A stretch of DNA of 51,589 bases from a virus. Its lineage: Duplodnaviria; Caudoviricetes. The stretch is from positions 1-51,589 of IMG/VR virus record IMGVR_UViG_3300027743_000358; one strand, written 5' to 3'. Shown in pieces: positions 21,882 to 29,614 of the stretch; position 1 is the first letter of the stretch, and each line of letters begins with the position of its first letter. Below the pieces are notes generated by a model. It did no database searches. It was not told the DNA's origin and saw only the letters and a program-made list of their open reading frames with translations. The translations under genes were made by a program, and so were the position numbers.

Positions 21882-22144
21882 TTCCTGTGTCTAGGAAAAG
21901 GAAAGAATACAACAGGAGACGGAAGTTCTGGGGAAGGAACAACCATCATCTGACCCCTCGGAGTCGGAGAGGTACATCGGACCCTAGTAACCTCTTGCTC
22001 CTAGACATTGAGAAGCACGAGGCATGGCACAAGCTGTTCGGAAACAGGACTCTGGACGAGGTCATCGATGAACTCCAAAGGGTACGGAGGAGGAAGAATG
22101 CCCAACGAGGAGGTGACAGTACAAGACGAGTTCGATGTGGATAG
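21878..22144 (+). CDS. Small HNH-like protein
   Basis: HHLTPRSRRG...NLLLL...HEAWHKLFG; GTG start overlaps the upstream TGA. Confidence 0.7.
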   Translation: MIPVSRKRKEYNRRRKFWGRNNHHLTPRSRRGTSDPSNLLLLDIEKHEAWHKLFGNRTLDEVIDELQRVRRRKNAQRGGDSTRRVRCG

Positions 22145-22196
22145 GTCAGCTTGGCTAGATGAAGACTCCTGGTGGTCGAGGAGAGACCATGTATGA
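22098..22196 (+). CDS. Possible 32-aa acidic peptide
   Basis: GGAGGAGG before ATG 22098; MPNEEVTVQDEFDVDRSAWLDEDSWWSRRDHV. Confidence 0.35.
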   Translation: MPNEEVTVQDEFDVDRSAWLDEDSWWSRRDHV

Positions 22197-22377
22197 ATGC
22201 AAACGCTGTAGGAGGAAGTTGGTGAAGATACGATACCGAGTACGGATCGGTATCTGGAACGGTAACGGACAGATTGACTGGGATCAGCTCGAGGGGTACT
22301 ATTGTCAAGACTGTGCCTTCGGACTGTCGACCGTCGGTCTGGAGAGAGATGTCGTCTCTGAGAAACAAGGTGAGTAG
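22189..22377 (+). CDS. Zinc-ribbon protein
   Basis: GAGGAG before ATG; CKRC...YCQDC. Confidence 0.6.
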   Translation: MYECKRCRRKLVKIRYRVRIGIWNGNGQIDWDQLEGYYCQDCAFGLSTVGLERDVVSEKQGE

Positions 22378-22397
22378 GAGGCTCACTATGAGATCAC

Positions 22398-22423
22398 GGG
22401 GGTGAGACCTGCGTCTTGCCCCC
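22398..22423 (+). terminator. GC-rich hairpin at the right edge of the GC-rich island
   Basis: GGGGGTGAGAC-CTGC-GTCTTGCCCCC; no clear U-tract on the + strand. Confidence 0.4.
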
Positions 22424-22447
22424 ACTGAATAAAATAAAACTATAAAT

Positions 22448-22774
22448 ATGCCTATTACTAAATTTAAAACAGGGGCCATAAGAGATACACAAGAGGGAAA
22501 GGTAGACTTTATAGAGACAATTAGTTGGACTGCCTTTCGAAGATATGGCGAGTACATGACAGATAAGAAAAAGAAGTATGGGGCTGGAAACTTCAAGAAA
22601 GGAATAACGATTGAATCATACGAAAAATCATTAGTTAGACACATACAAAAATATCTCGAGAACAAATATGAAGATGGTCAGCAGGAAGTTGACCAAGACC
22701 ATATTGCAGCTATAGTCTTCAATGCATTCGGGATAATGCACGAAGAAGAACGAATTAAAAAATCAAAGAAATAG
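22448..22774 (+). CDS. dATP/dGTP diphosphohydrolase-like protein (DUF5664 / dGTP_diPhyd_N family)
   Basis: F.TGAIRD...GK.DF...KKYGAGNFKKGI...SLVRH...DHIAAIVFN pattern. Confidence 0.75.
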   Translation: MPITKFKTGAIRDTQEGKVDFIETISWTAFRRYGEYMTDKKKKYGAGNFKKGITIESYEKSLVRHIQKYLENKYEDGQQEVDQDHIAAIVFNAFGIMHEEERIKKSKK

Positions 22775-22775
22775 T

Positions 22776-24782
22776 ATGTTCTTATTTCATAGAAAACAAC
22801 CGAAAACATTACCATTAGGACTATTAGGACCAGACCCGAAAGACCCTAGAGATTACAAAATAGGTGAGATGCAGTTTGGAGAGGTGGCATTGCCAGCCGA
22901 GTTCAATTTAAGAAGCCAGATGACTCCTGTTAAGAATCAGAACCCACACGGAATATGCTTTCGTGGAGATACTCCTGTTTTGATGGAGGATTTATCTTAT
23001 AAGCCGATAAGAGAAATCAATGTCGGGGAATATGTTTTTACGCATTTTGGAAACATAAAGAGAGTTTCTAACAAAATTATAAGGAAATGGCAGGGAACGA
23101 CTAAAATAATTAAATTATGGGGTGATTTTAGGGAGATAGAATCTACGTCAGAACATCCATTTTTAGCAATAAAACGTTCTCCGAAGAATCATATAAGGGG
23201 TTATAAAGAGATAGATGGACAGATAGACTTTTACGGAATAGACGAATTGAAACGTGGAGATTGGTTAGCATATCCTTTTAATAATATTGTATTAGATAAA
23301 ACAATCTATAGTCTTGAAAAAGACCCAGAATTTCTGTGGTTACTTGGGATATATTTAGCGGAGGGGTCAATGGATGGAAACGAAATAAATTTCTCATTGC
23401 ATCAAAAAGAAACCGATTACGCAGAAAAGATAATAAGTATTTTCAAAAAATATAACGAGACAGCGAACATCCAAATCCATAAAAAAACGCTTGGTATGGA
23501 CGTTAGGGTTAGTTCAAAAAGGTTTGCCAAGTTATTGAAAGAATTGGGAGGAGAGATGTGCGATAAAAAAAGATTAGATAACAGATTAATGTTTCTTGAG
23601 CCGTCCCTCCAGATGGAAATTGTAAGAGGGTTGTTTGATGGAGATGCTGCTAAAAAGAAAACAGGTGATATGCTGACAACAACATCTTTGGAGTTGATGA
23701 TACAGGTTAAAACCATCCTATTGCGGAATAAGATTATGTCTTGTCTCCAGGAAATGAAAAGCACCCCGATTAAGAATGGTCTTAAGAAACCAGCGTGGCA
23801 TTTAACCCCGTCTAATAATTACAAAATATCATTTATAAAAGATAACTGGTGTTTTGTCTTGATAAGAGATATAAAACATAATAAATCGTATAATGGAGGT
23901 AGCGTTTATAATTTGGAGGTGGAAGATGACAATTCTTACCAAGTGAACGGAGTAGCTGTTCACAATTGCTATCAGATGGCAGCGACAGGAGTTAAGGAAT
24001 TCTGGGATTCTAAGGAGTCAGGAGAAGAGATAGATTTATCAGAAAGGTTTGGAGTATATAACACTAAGCAACTTTCAAATATTTGGCACACACAGGGGGA
24101 CTATGCTCACTATGCACTTAAAGCGATATGTGATTTTGGGTTGTGTTTAGAAAAAGACTGGCCTACTGATACGTCAATCCCTTGGAATGAATTTGCCAAG
24201 ACCAGACCACCAGAGGAATTGTTTGTCAAGGCGAAAGAGTTTAAGGGGCTAACATATTGGAGAGTAGACCATGCGGTAGAATCATTTAAACAAACTATTT
24301 ATCAGCAAAAAGCCCCGATACTGGTAGGCATGAGTTGGGATAAGGCATATAATATACCTTATTTGGGAGGCAAGTTACCATTACCAAGCGGAGATAAGGT
24401 GGGTGGACATTTCGTTATTTGTACTGGTTGGGATTCAACTGGGTTATGGTTTAAAAATAGTTGGTGGCCAGTCTGGGGGGACTCTGGATATTTCTATATA
24501 CCAGAAAGTGAGTTTGATAAACACGATATTTGGGATGCGTATGTACTTCTTGATGCTCCCAAGAAAGAACCGCTAGAGGGCTGGGTGGCTATCAAATATT
24601 TAGACGGAGTCACTTATGGTAAGGGAAGTATTGTAAAAACGTTAAACAACTTGACTCTTAGGAAGGATCCTAGTATAATTGGAGATAAATTAGACACACT
24701 AAAGAGGGGCACAATGGTAGAAATTGTTGACAACGAAATAAGGTCGGCAGACGGATATATTTGGCAGAAGATAAAAACATAA
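22776..24782 (+). CDS. Papain-like (C1A) cysteine peptidase with C-terminal SH3b-like domain, interrupted by an intein
   Basis: LPAEFNLR...PVKNQ..HGI|C, LSERF, GGHFVICTGW, FKNSW..WGDSGYFYI; C-terminal LTLRKDPS...LKRGTMVEIV...ADGYIWQKI. Confidence 0.85.
   Translation: MFLFHRKQPKTLPLGLLGPDPKDPRDYKIGEMQFGEVALPAEFNLRSQMTPVKNQNPHGICFRGDTPVLMEDLSYKPIREINVGEYVFTHFGNIKRVSNKIIRKWQGTTKIIKLWGDFREIESTSEHPFLAIKRSPKNHIRGYKEIDGQIDFYGIDELKRGDWLAYPFNNIVLDKTIYSLEKDPEFLWLLGIYLAEGSMDGNEINFSLHQKETDYAEKIISIFKKYNETANIQIHKKTLGMDVRVSSKRFAKLLKELGGEMCDKKRLDNRLMFLEPSLQMEIVRGLFDGDAAKKKTGDMLTTTSLELMIQVKTILLRNKIMSCLQEMKSTPIKNGLKKPAWHLTPSNNYKISFIKDNWCFVLIRDIKHNKSYNGGSVYNLEVEDDNSYQVNGVAVHNCYQMAATGVKEFWDSKESGEEIDLSERFGVYNTKQLSNIWHTQGDYAHYALKAICDFGLCLEKDWPTDTSIPWNEFAKTRPPEELFVKAKEFKGLTYWRVDHAVESFKQTIYQQKAPILVGMSWDKAYNIPYLGGKLPLPSGDKVGGHFVICTGWDSTGLWFKNSWWPVWGDSGYFYIPESEFDKHDIWDAYVLLDAPKKEPLEGWVAIKYLDGVTYGKGSIVKTLNNLTLRKDPSIIGDKLDTLKRGTMVEIVDNEIRSADGYIWQKIKT
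22956..23966 (+). mobile_element. Intein (337 aa) with LAGLIDADG homing endonuclease
   Basis: Starts CFRGDTPVLM; block B TSEHPF; LLGIYLAEGS and IVRGLFDGDA; ends VYNLEVEDDNSYQVNGVAVHN followed by Cys. Confidence 0.95.
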
Positions 24783-24811
24783 AGGTCGTACTTTATAATT
24801 AATCATAATAT

Positions 24812-25260
24812 ATGATACCAAAAAAACCATTGGAGTCGTAATTACGGTCCTGCTGTTCTCCTTGTGTACAGTGGGAAGCAACCTAGTTGCGGAAGCTCCA
24901 TCGATAGATACGGAAGTGTTGGCGGTGAAAGTGAGTAAATACTCGCCAGACTATCCAGAGCTTATCGAGAATCTTAATTGTTGCGAGAATTATTGTAGGT
25001 GGGATCAGAAGAAGATCATAGATAGCAACAATAAGTATTCATACGGAGGGTTGATGTTTCAAATGACTACGTTTTTGCACTATGGACACGAAGGTGGCAT
25101 ATTGCCCGAATGGGTTGACGAAACAAACTTCGAGAATTATATCTACGATAAAGACCTCCAAACGTTGATAGCAGAGTACATGATAACGATTGGCGTTGCT
25201 AAAACAACGGTTGGGTGGTATAATTGTTGGAGATCTTACAACCTTTCGCAGTATCTATAA
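24812..25260 (+). CDS. Lysozyme-like / lytic transglycosylase with N-terminal signal or anchor; needs a -1 shift at A7 (24820-24826)
   Basis: CCEN...YGGLMFQMTTF...W..C resembles SLT/Rpf motifs; the hydrophobic leader KKTIGVVITVLLFSLC is in frame with 24862-25260 but the ATG at 24812 is one base off. Confidence 0.6.
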
Positions 25261-25288
25261 AAGGGTAGCATACAATTAAATAAAACAG

Positions 25289-25519
25289 ATGAGTATATTA
25301 CAAAAGTTCGTAGAGTTCGTAACTGCACCAGAAATATCAACATTGATGTTAACCGGGATTAGCGCGGTATTAGGCTTATTGGCAACGTTTTTCGCAGGAC
25401 TTAACGTCTGGTGGGCAGTATTGATAACTGGCGTTATAAGGTCATTGATGCAGGTAATCAACACCAAATACAATATAGGTGGTAGAATTTTAGGAGGGTT
25501 GGGTATGGCCAAAAAATAG
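25289..25519 (+). CDS. Putative holin
   Basis: 76 aa, two hydrophobic helices, basic C-terminus, follows two lytic-enzyme candidates. Confidence 0.6.
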   Translation: MSILQKFVEFVTAPEISTLMLTGISAVLGLLATFFAGLNVWWAVLITGVIRSLMQVINTKYNIGGRILGGLGMAKK

Positions 25520-25521
25520 GC

Positions 25522-25567
25522 TGTGCATAACTTGCCTATTGACAAGATTTAATCCATTTGCTATAAT
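25522..25567 (+). promoter_or_regulatory. sigma70 promoter with upstream DnaA-type box
   Basis: TGTGCATAA 25522-30; TTGACA 25539-44, 17 bp, TG-n-TATAAT 25562-67. Confidence 0.9.
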
Positions 25568-25573
25568 GGAGAA

Positions 25574-25643
25574 GGCTAGGATGCCGAAAGTAAGCGGTAG
25601 CTCGCAAAGCTACTTTACGTGGGTGCGATTCCCACCCTAGCCT
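25574..25643 (+). tRNA. tRNA-Cys(GCA)-like, atypical
   Basis: Acceptor GGCTAGG/CCTAGCC, discriminator U; anticodon arm GTAGC-TCGCAAA-GCTAC; T arm GTGGG-TGCGATT-CCCAC; C33 and irregular D arm. Confidence 0.7.
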
Positions 25644-25701
25644 CAATATTCTTTTATTACAAAAAGGTCGCGGAGAGTATAATTAACTTATACTAGATAC
25701 A

Positions 25702-26475
25702 ATGATAAATATTAAAGATCCCGGAGTTGCTTTTAGCGATAAGGGACACGTCTATACTACACCTTCTGGAGAAATGTATACCGGCGTCACTACGATACTA
25801 GGAGTTAGATCTAAAGACTTTTTGCTTTGGTGGTCAGTTAAAGAGATGTATACATATATGTCCAAGAATTGGGACATAAATAAACAGTATACAGAGAAAG
25901 AAAAAGATGATTTGTTATTACTTGGCAAGAAGGCCCACACGATGAAGTCCAAAGATGCTTTGAATACTGGTACTATAGTACACGATTGGATAGAAAAGCA
26001 CATTATAGACCCTACTCATCCGATGCCAGATGACCCAGTGATAAGGTCTATTGTAGAACCATTCGTAGCGTGGGAAGCATTATCTGGTGTTGGGTGGCTT
26101 AAGACAGAGCTAGTTGTAGCAAGCCATGCTCATCAGTTTGCCGGGACATTAGACGCCTTGGCGATAGTCGATAAAAAGCTTACGTTATTGGATTTTAAAA
26201 CCAGTTCTCAAATGTCTGAGGAATATTTCTTGCAGACAGCAGGTTACCAGATAGCCCTAGAAGAAATGGGTGTAGTGCCAGAACAAAGGATGATTATACG
26301 CATACCCAAGGATGTTAGCCCGATAGAGGCGATAGTAGTTCCTACTCCTTTACAGTTCGACAAGGAGACGTTTCTACATCTACGCGAAGTTCATAGATGG
26401 AATATAAATATAATTAATAACTTCAAAGACAAGGATGGTAAATTATTATGTTGTCAGAATCTAAAAAATTCCTAG
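25702..26475 (+). CDS. PD-(D/E)xK exonuclease-like protein
   Basis: H.Y...GVTTIL, GTIVHDWIE, E..V...FAGTLD...LLDFKTS...YFLQTAGY. Confidence 0.85.
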   Translation: MINIKDPGVAFSDKGHVYTTPSGEMYTGVTTILGVRSKDFLLWWSVKEMYTYMSKNWDINKQYTEKEKDDLLLLGKKAHTMKSKDALNTGTIVHDWIEKHIIDPTHPMPDDPVIRSIVEPFVAWEALSGVGWLKTELVVASHAHQFAGTLDALAIVDKKLTLLDFKTSSQMSEEYFLQTAGYQIALEEMGVVPEQRMIIRIPKDVSPIEAIVVPTPLQFDKETFLHLREVHRWNINIINNFKDKDGKLLCCQNLKNS

Positions 26476-26834
26476 AAGAGCACGATTATAAGCCTAGGAT
26501 ATCATTCAAAGACGGTTTAGCGCATACTGTCGTGGTAAAAAGCGAAGAATCCCTTACTATTAACACGGCAGATGGGGAAAAACAAGGAATTAAGTACACG
26601 GTTGAAGAAGATGGCGAGGAAAGAGAGTTCTTTACATCTGCCGTTTCCCTTATAGGTAGGTTAGCTCAAGTGAATAAGGGTGATAAAATTATAATACAGA
26701 TGTTGAAGACCAAGGAGGGTGCGGATTATAAAAGCACTTTCTCTGTTAAAAAGGTCAATGCAGGATCGGCCAAACAGCAGGACGGTGTGTTGAATGGAGA
26801 TGATTACGATAATATCCCCATTATAGAAGAATAA
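26448..26834 (+). CDS. Putative single-stranded DNA-binding protein
   Basis: Beta-rich OB-like body, acidic tail DDYDNIPIIEE, next to the exonuclease. Confidence 0.5.
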   Translation: MLSESKKFLEEHDYKPRISFKDGLAHTVVVKSEESLTINTADGEKQGIKYTVEEDGEEREFFTSAVSLIGRLAQVNKGDKIIIQMLKTKEGADYKSTFSVKKVNAGSAKQQDGVLNGDDYDNIPIIEE

Positions 26835-26837
26835 GAT

Positions 26838-26949
26838 AATGACGAGCCCGTTCGATAGTCGGGGCCAAATAGCCAAGTTCAATTCACTGCGATTAGCAGA
26901 TATACATTAGCTATTGTCGAGCAAAAATCTATACGGCGGGCTGGTCATT
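26838..26949 (+). ncRNA. Intergenic rod-like structured RNA A
   Basis: AATGAC-G-AGCCCGT pairs with GCGGGCT-G-GTCATT; inner ATAG/CTAT, AATAGC/GCTATT, CTGC/GCAG. Confidence 0.55.
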
Positions 26950-26959
26950 TTAAAAACAT

Positions 26960-27172
26960 ATGAAATCAACAAGAGACGCATTTTATAAAGAGAGAGTATT
27001 AATGCCAGGGCTATCTGACATAATGTGCTTGGCGGAAGCGGTTGTCGGGAAGAACCTTTCTCGAGGGTCAATAACCAGATCTTTGAGCGAATTGGTAGAT
27101 AAAAATGACTACGAGAGCAGAGACAAGTCAAAAATTATAACGAATTTGGTCGCCCTCTCAAAAAGGGCTTGA
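26960..27172 (+). CDS. Hypothetical protein
   Basis: ORF with AT-rich start context. Confidence 0.55.
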   Translation: MKSTRDAFYKERVLMPGLSDIMCLAEAVVGKNLSRGSITRSLSELVDKNDYESRDKSKIITNLVALSKRA

Positions 27173-27306
27173 GGAGCACCTTTTATGGCACTTTTATGCC
27201 CCTCCTAGGCGTTGTAGGGCTAAAAAGGTAATATTATACCTTTAAGGGCAAAATCACTGTGGCGTGTCAATTATGGGCTTTTTAAATCAGATAAAATAAG
27301 AAAAAT

Positions 27307-28038
27307 ATGCAAAACGAATTTAAACTAGAGGAGAACCTTATAATATTGTCTGCTCCCACAATACAGGCGATATTAAAGGAAAAAAATCCTGCCGACATAC
27401 TAGCGTTATATGCTTTTTACTATTATACCGCTAAGTGGCAGAAGACCAATCAAGCATACGCATCTATATCTTTTACAAAGAAAGCCCTTCATCTGGGAGA
27501 AGATAGGATAAGTAAGGCCACTAAGGCGTTAATAAGACTAAAACTCATAGAAAGGATAGAAGATAGGGATGAAAATGGCAGGATCGCTCGTTATTACATC
27601 AAAATAAATTACATATGGTGCAAGGACACTTTAGACCGCTACCCCCAAAAGCCGGTAGGGGAAGATATACCACTACCCGAAATTGACGGTACCGGCAACC
27701 AGGAAGGAAATGCTTTAAGTGTTAATAATATAATATATAGTAAAGTAAAAACTTTACCCTCTAAAGAGAAAGATACAATACATAAAGATATAGGAGAGTT
27801 GTTCTCTTATTATAAGAAGCAGTTCTTGGACAAAGTCAGCAATACACCACCAGTGTTTAATTGGGGTGCCTGCGAGAAACTAGCCAGGCCCTTGATGAAA
27901 GACCTTGGGCTAGAACACATGAAACATCTTGTAGACGTTTACATGCGTACAAGAGATCAGTTCTACGTGGATAATGCTTATTCTCTTAGTTGCTTTCTAT
28001 CTACTAAAATAATTCACAAATTGAATCAAAAGAAATGA
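27307..28038 (+). CDS. Putative replication initiator (winged-helix, lambda O-like organisation)
   Basis: N-terminal wHTH-like (KKALHLGEDRISKATKALIRLKLIERI), central linker, upstream of the helicase. Confidence 0.7.
   Translation: MQNEFKLEENLIILSAPTIQAILKEKNPADILALYAFYYYTAKWQKTNQAYASISFTKKALHLGEDRISKATKALIRLKLIERIEDRDENGRIARYYIKINYIWCKDTLDRYPQKPVGEDIPLPEIDGTGNQEGNALSVNNIIYSKVKTLPSKEKDTIHKDIGELFSYYKKQFLDKVSNTPPVFNWGACEKLARPLMKDLGLEHMKHLVDVYMRTRDQFYVDNAYSLSCFLSTKIIHKLNQKK
27639..27755. other. Candidate replication origin (two iteron-like repeats plus AT-rich tract)
   Basis: CTACCC-N8-CGGTA at 27639 and 27673, then an AT-rich run, inside the initiator gene. Confidence 0.45.
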
Positions 28039-28097
28039 AAACTATATATTGGATCATTATATGCGTTGTCTTCATAGTATTATTTATAATCAGCTAA
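28035..28097 (+). CDS. 20-aa hydrophobic micro-ORF
   Basis: MKTIYWIIICVVFIVLFIIS*; ATGA overlap with the initiator stop; ends 1 nt before the helicase ATG. Confidence 0.45.
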   Translation: MKTIYWIIICVVFIVLFIIS

Positions 28098-28098
28098 C

Positions 28099-28977
28099 AT
28101 GGATATAGGCAAAATACCAGACCTAGACGAGGTCTCAGAGAACATCAAACCTATATTCGAAATAGCTCAGAAGTTTAAGCCCAGTACGTTTGTTATCCCA
28201 TCGTCACTTGACTCATTCGATAAAGTCATGGACGGTGGCTTCAGGGGTGGGGAATTAGTCGTCATGTCTGGCCAAACAGGTCAGGGAAAAACCATGCTCG
28301 GGCAGATACTCACGGCTAACTTTGACAAAATCGGTATACCTAGTTTGTGGTTTTCTTATGAGTGTAATCCGTGGTATTTGAAAGAGAAATTCGAACAGAT
28401 GGGTTGCACTAAGGACTTATTGGCGTATAGTCCAGTGGAATTGGTCGCAAACACCTTGGAGTTTATAGATAATAGGATAGACGAGGCCATAAGGCATTAC
28501 GGTTGCAAGGTTGTATTTATAGATCACTTGCACTATTTAATCCCCCTAGACCAGTCTGTTAATTCGTCTCTATTGATAGGTGGGATTGTCAGGGAACTGA
28601 AGAAGATGGCGGTTAAAAAAGATATAACTATATTCTTGATAGCTCATACAAAAAAGATATATCAAGATGAAAGGCTGGATTTATCGAGTATCAGAGATTC
28701 ATCCCTCATTTCTCAGGAGGCAGATTATGTTTTTCTGATAGAGAGAATTAAGAAGAGCGATAAAATCATGGAGTCCTCGGGGTCAGAGTGGACCAATCAG
28801 ACCAAGGTAGCGATAGCCAAAAATCGTAGAACCGGGAAGTTGGTATACTATACGTTCGAGGTGGTAGATAATCAATTAAAATTATTAGAAGATGACATCC
28901 CTACAATTGGATCGGCTCATAGACAGCATGAACTCATCGGTGAGCGCTATGATCAGCCTTTCGAAGTCCCGGATTAG
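28099..28977 (+). CDS. DnaB-like (SF4) replicative helicase, C-terminal domain only
   Basis: GQTGQGKT, VVFIDHLH, FLIAH, SIRDSSLISQEADYV, IAKNRRTG. Confidence 0.9.
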   Translation: MDIGKIPDLDEVSENIKPIFEIAQKFKPSTFVIPSSLDSFDKVMDGGFRGGELVVMSGQTGQGKTMLGQILTANFDKIGIPSLWFSYECNPWYLKEKFEQMGCTKDLLAYSPVELVANTLEFIDNRIDEAIRHYGCKVVFIDHLHYLIPLDQSVNSSLLIGGIVRELKKMAVKKDITIFLIAHTKKIYQDERLDLSSIRDSSLISQEADYVFLIERIKKSDKIMESSGSEWTNQTKVAIAKNRRTGKLVYYTFEVVDNQLKLLEDDIPTIGSAHRQHELIGERYDQPFEVPD

Positions 28978-29140
28978 TACTGATAGAATATTATATTGTC
29001 AGCTAATGAAGTCTTGGATAGAGATTGGCGAGCACTTGTTTTCGTTGACATTCGATCCAGAGCTATACAATAACATACAGACGATGAAGAATACACTGAT
29101 AAATTATAGCTTGTATACATCTGTGGATAAGTCTGCTTGA
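28892..29140 (+). CDS. Hypothetical protein
   Basis: ORF overlapping the helicase 3' end and filling the gap to the next promoter. Confidence 0.4.
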   Translation: MTSLQLDRLIDSMNSSVSAMISLSKSRISTDRILYCQLMKSWIEIGEHLFSLTFDPELYNNIQTMKNTLINYSLYTSVDKSA

Positions 29141-29165
29141 CAAGATCATATTAATTTGCTATACT
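29122..29165 (+). promoter_or_regulatory. sigma70 promoter with upstream DnaA box
   Basis: TGTGGATAA 29122-30; TTGACA 29137-42, 17 bp, TG-n-TATACT 29160-65. Confidence 0.85.
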
Positions 29166-29299
29166 TAGATTAGGTAATATTGTTAAATGATGATTGTATA
29201 AATTCCGCATAAAAATCTGATGGAATAAGGGTCAATACTGCGGTGATGTTAAATGACTAAATTAATAAATGATAAATAATGGGCTAGTTCTTTTCTGAA

Positions 29300-29422
29300 C
29301 GGGAGGTAGTGTCATATAACACGCACACTCATAAAGGTTAATGACCTCTGCACATAGGAAGCGGAGTTGTGCAGGAAGGAGTCCGCCTTAAATTGTAAGT
29401 TCAAATCTTACCATCCCGACCA
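29300..29422 (+). ncRNA. tRNA(CAU)-like RNA with structured insert and encoded CCA
   Basis: CGGGAGG/CATCCCG-A-CCA; D arm GTGT/ACAC; GCACA-CT-CAT-AA; T arm GTAAG-TTCAAAT-CTTAC; extra hairpins in between. Confidence 0.7.
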
Positions 29423-29461
29423 AAAGAGAATTAGCTCTAATAAATAATTAAACATAAAAAG

Positions 29462-29614
29462 ATGACTAATGAAGAAGCGAGGAATAAGTTGAGAGTATTG
29501 GTAGCTGAATTAGAATCATTAGATGATAGTGAATTTAATGCCAAAAATAAGAGCAATATAACTAAAGCGGTGGATTTATTAAAAGATGTTTCTGTATGGA
29601 ATTTTGAAGATTAA
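29462..29614 (+). CDS. Hypothetical 50-aa protein
   Basis: Hand translation MTNEEARNKLRVLVAELESL...WNFED*. Confidence 0.55.
   Translation: MTNEEARNKLRVLVAELESLDDSEFNAKNKSNITKAVDLLKDVSVWNFED

Noticed and set aside
22448-22774. 2-aminoadenine (Z) or other modified-base genome implied by the dATP/dGTP diphosphohydrolase
   Set aside because: No PurZ, DNA polymerase or other base-modification genes recognised
25702-26475. Cas4 / CRISPR adaptation gene
   Set aside because: Lacks the Fe-S cysteine cluster and any cas context; ordinary phage PD-(D/E)xK nuclease
27224-27243. Palindrome AAAGGTA-ATATTA-TACCTTT before the initiator as an operator
   Set aside because: Single AT-rich instance with no adjacent promoter or second copy seen
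29323-29372. Canonical archaeal bulge-helix-bulge intron at 37/38, or group I intron
   Set aside because: The 4-bp central helix cannot form in the required register, and the insert is far too short for group I
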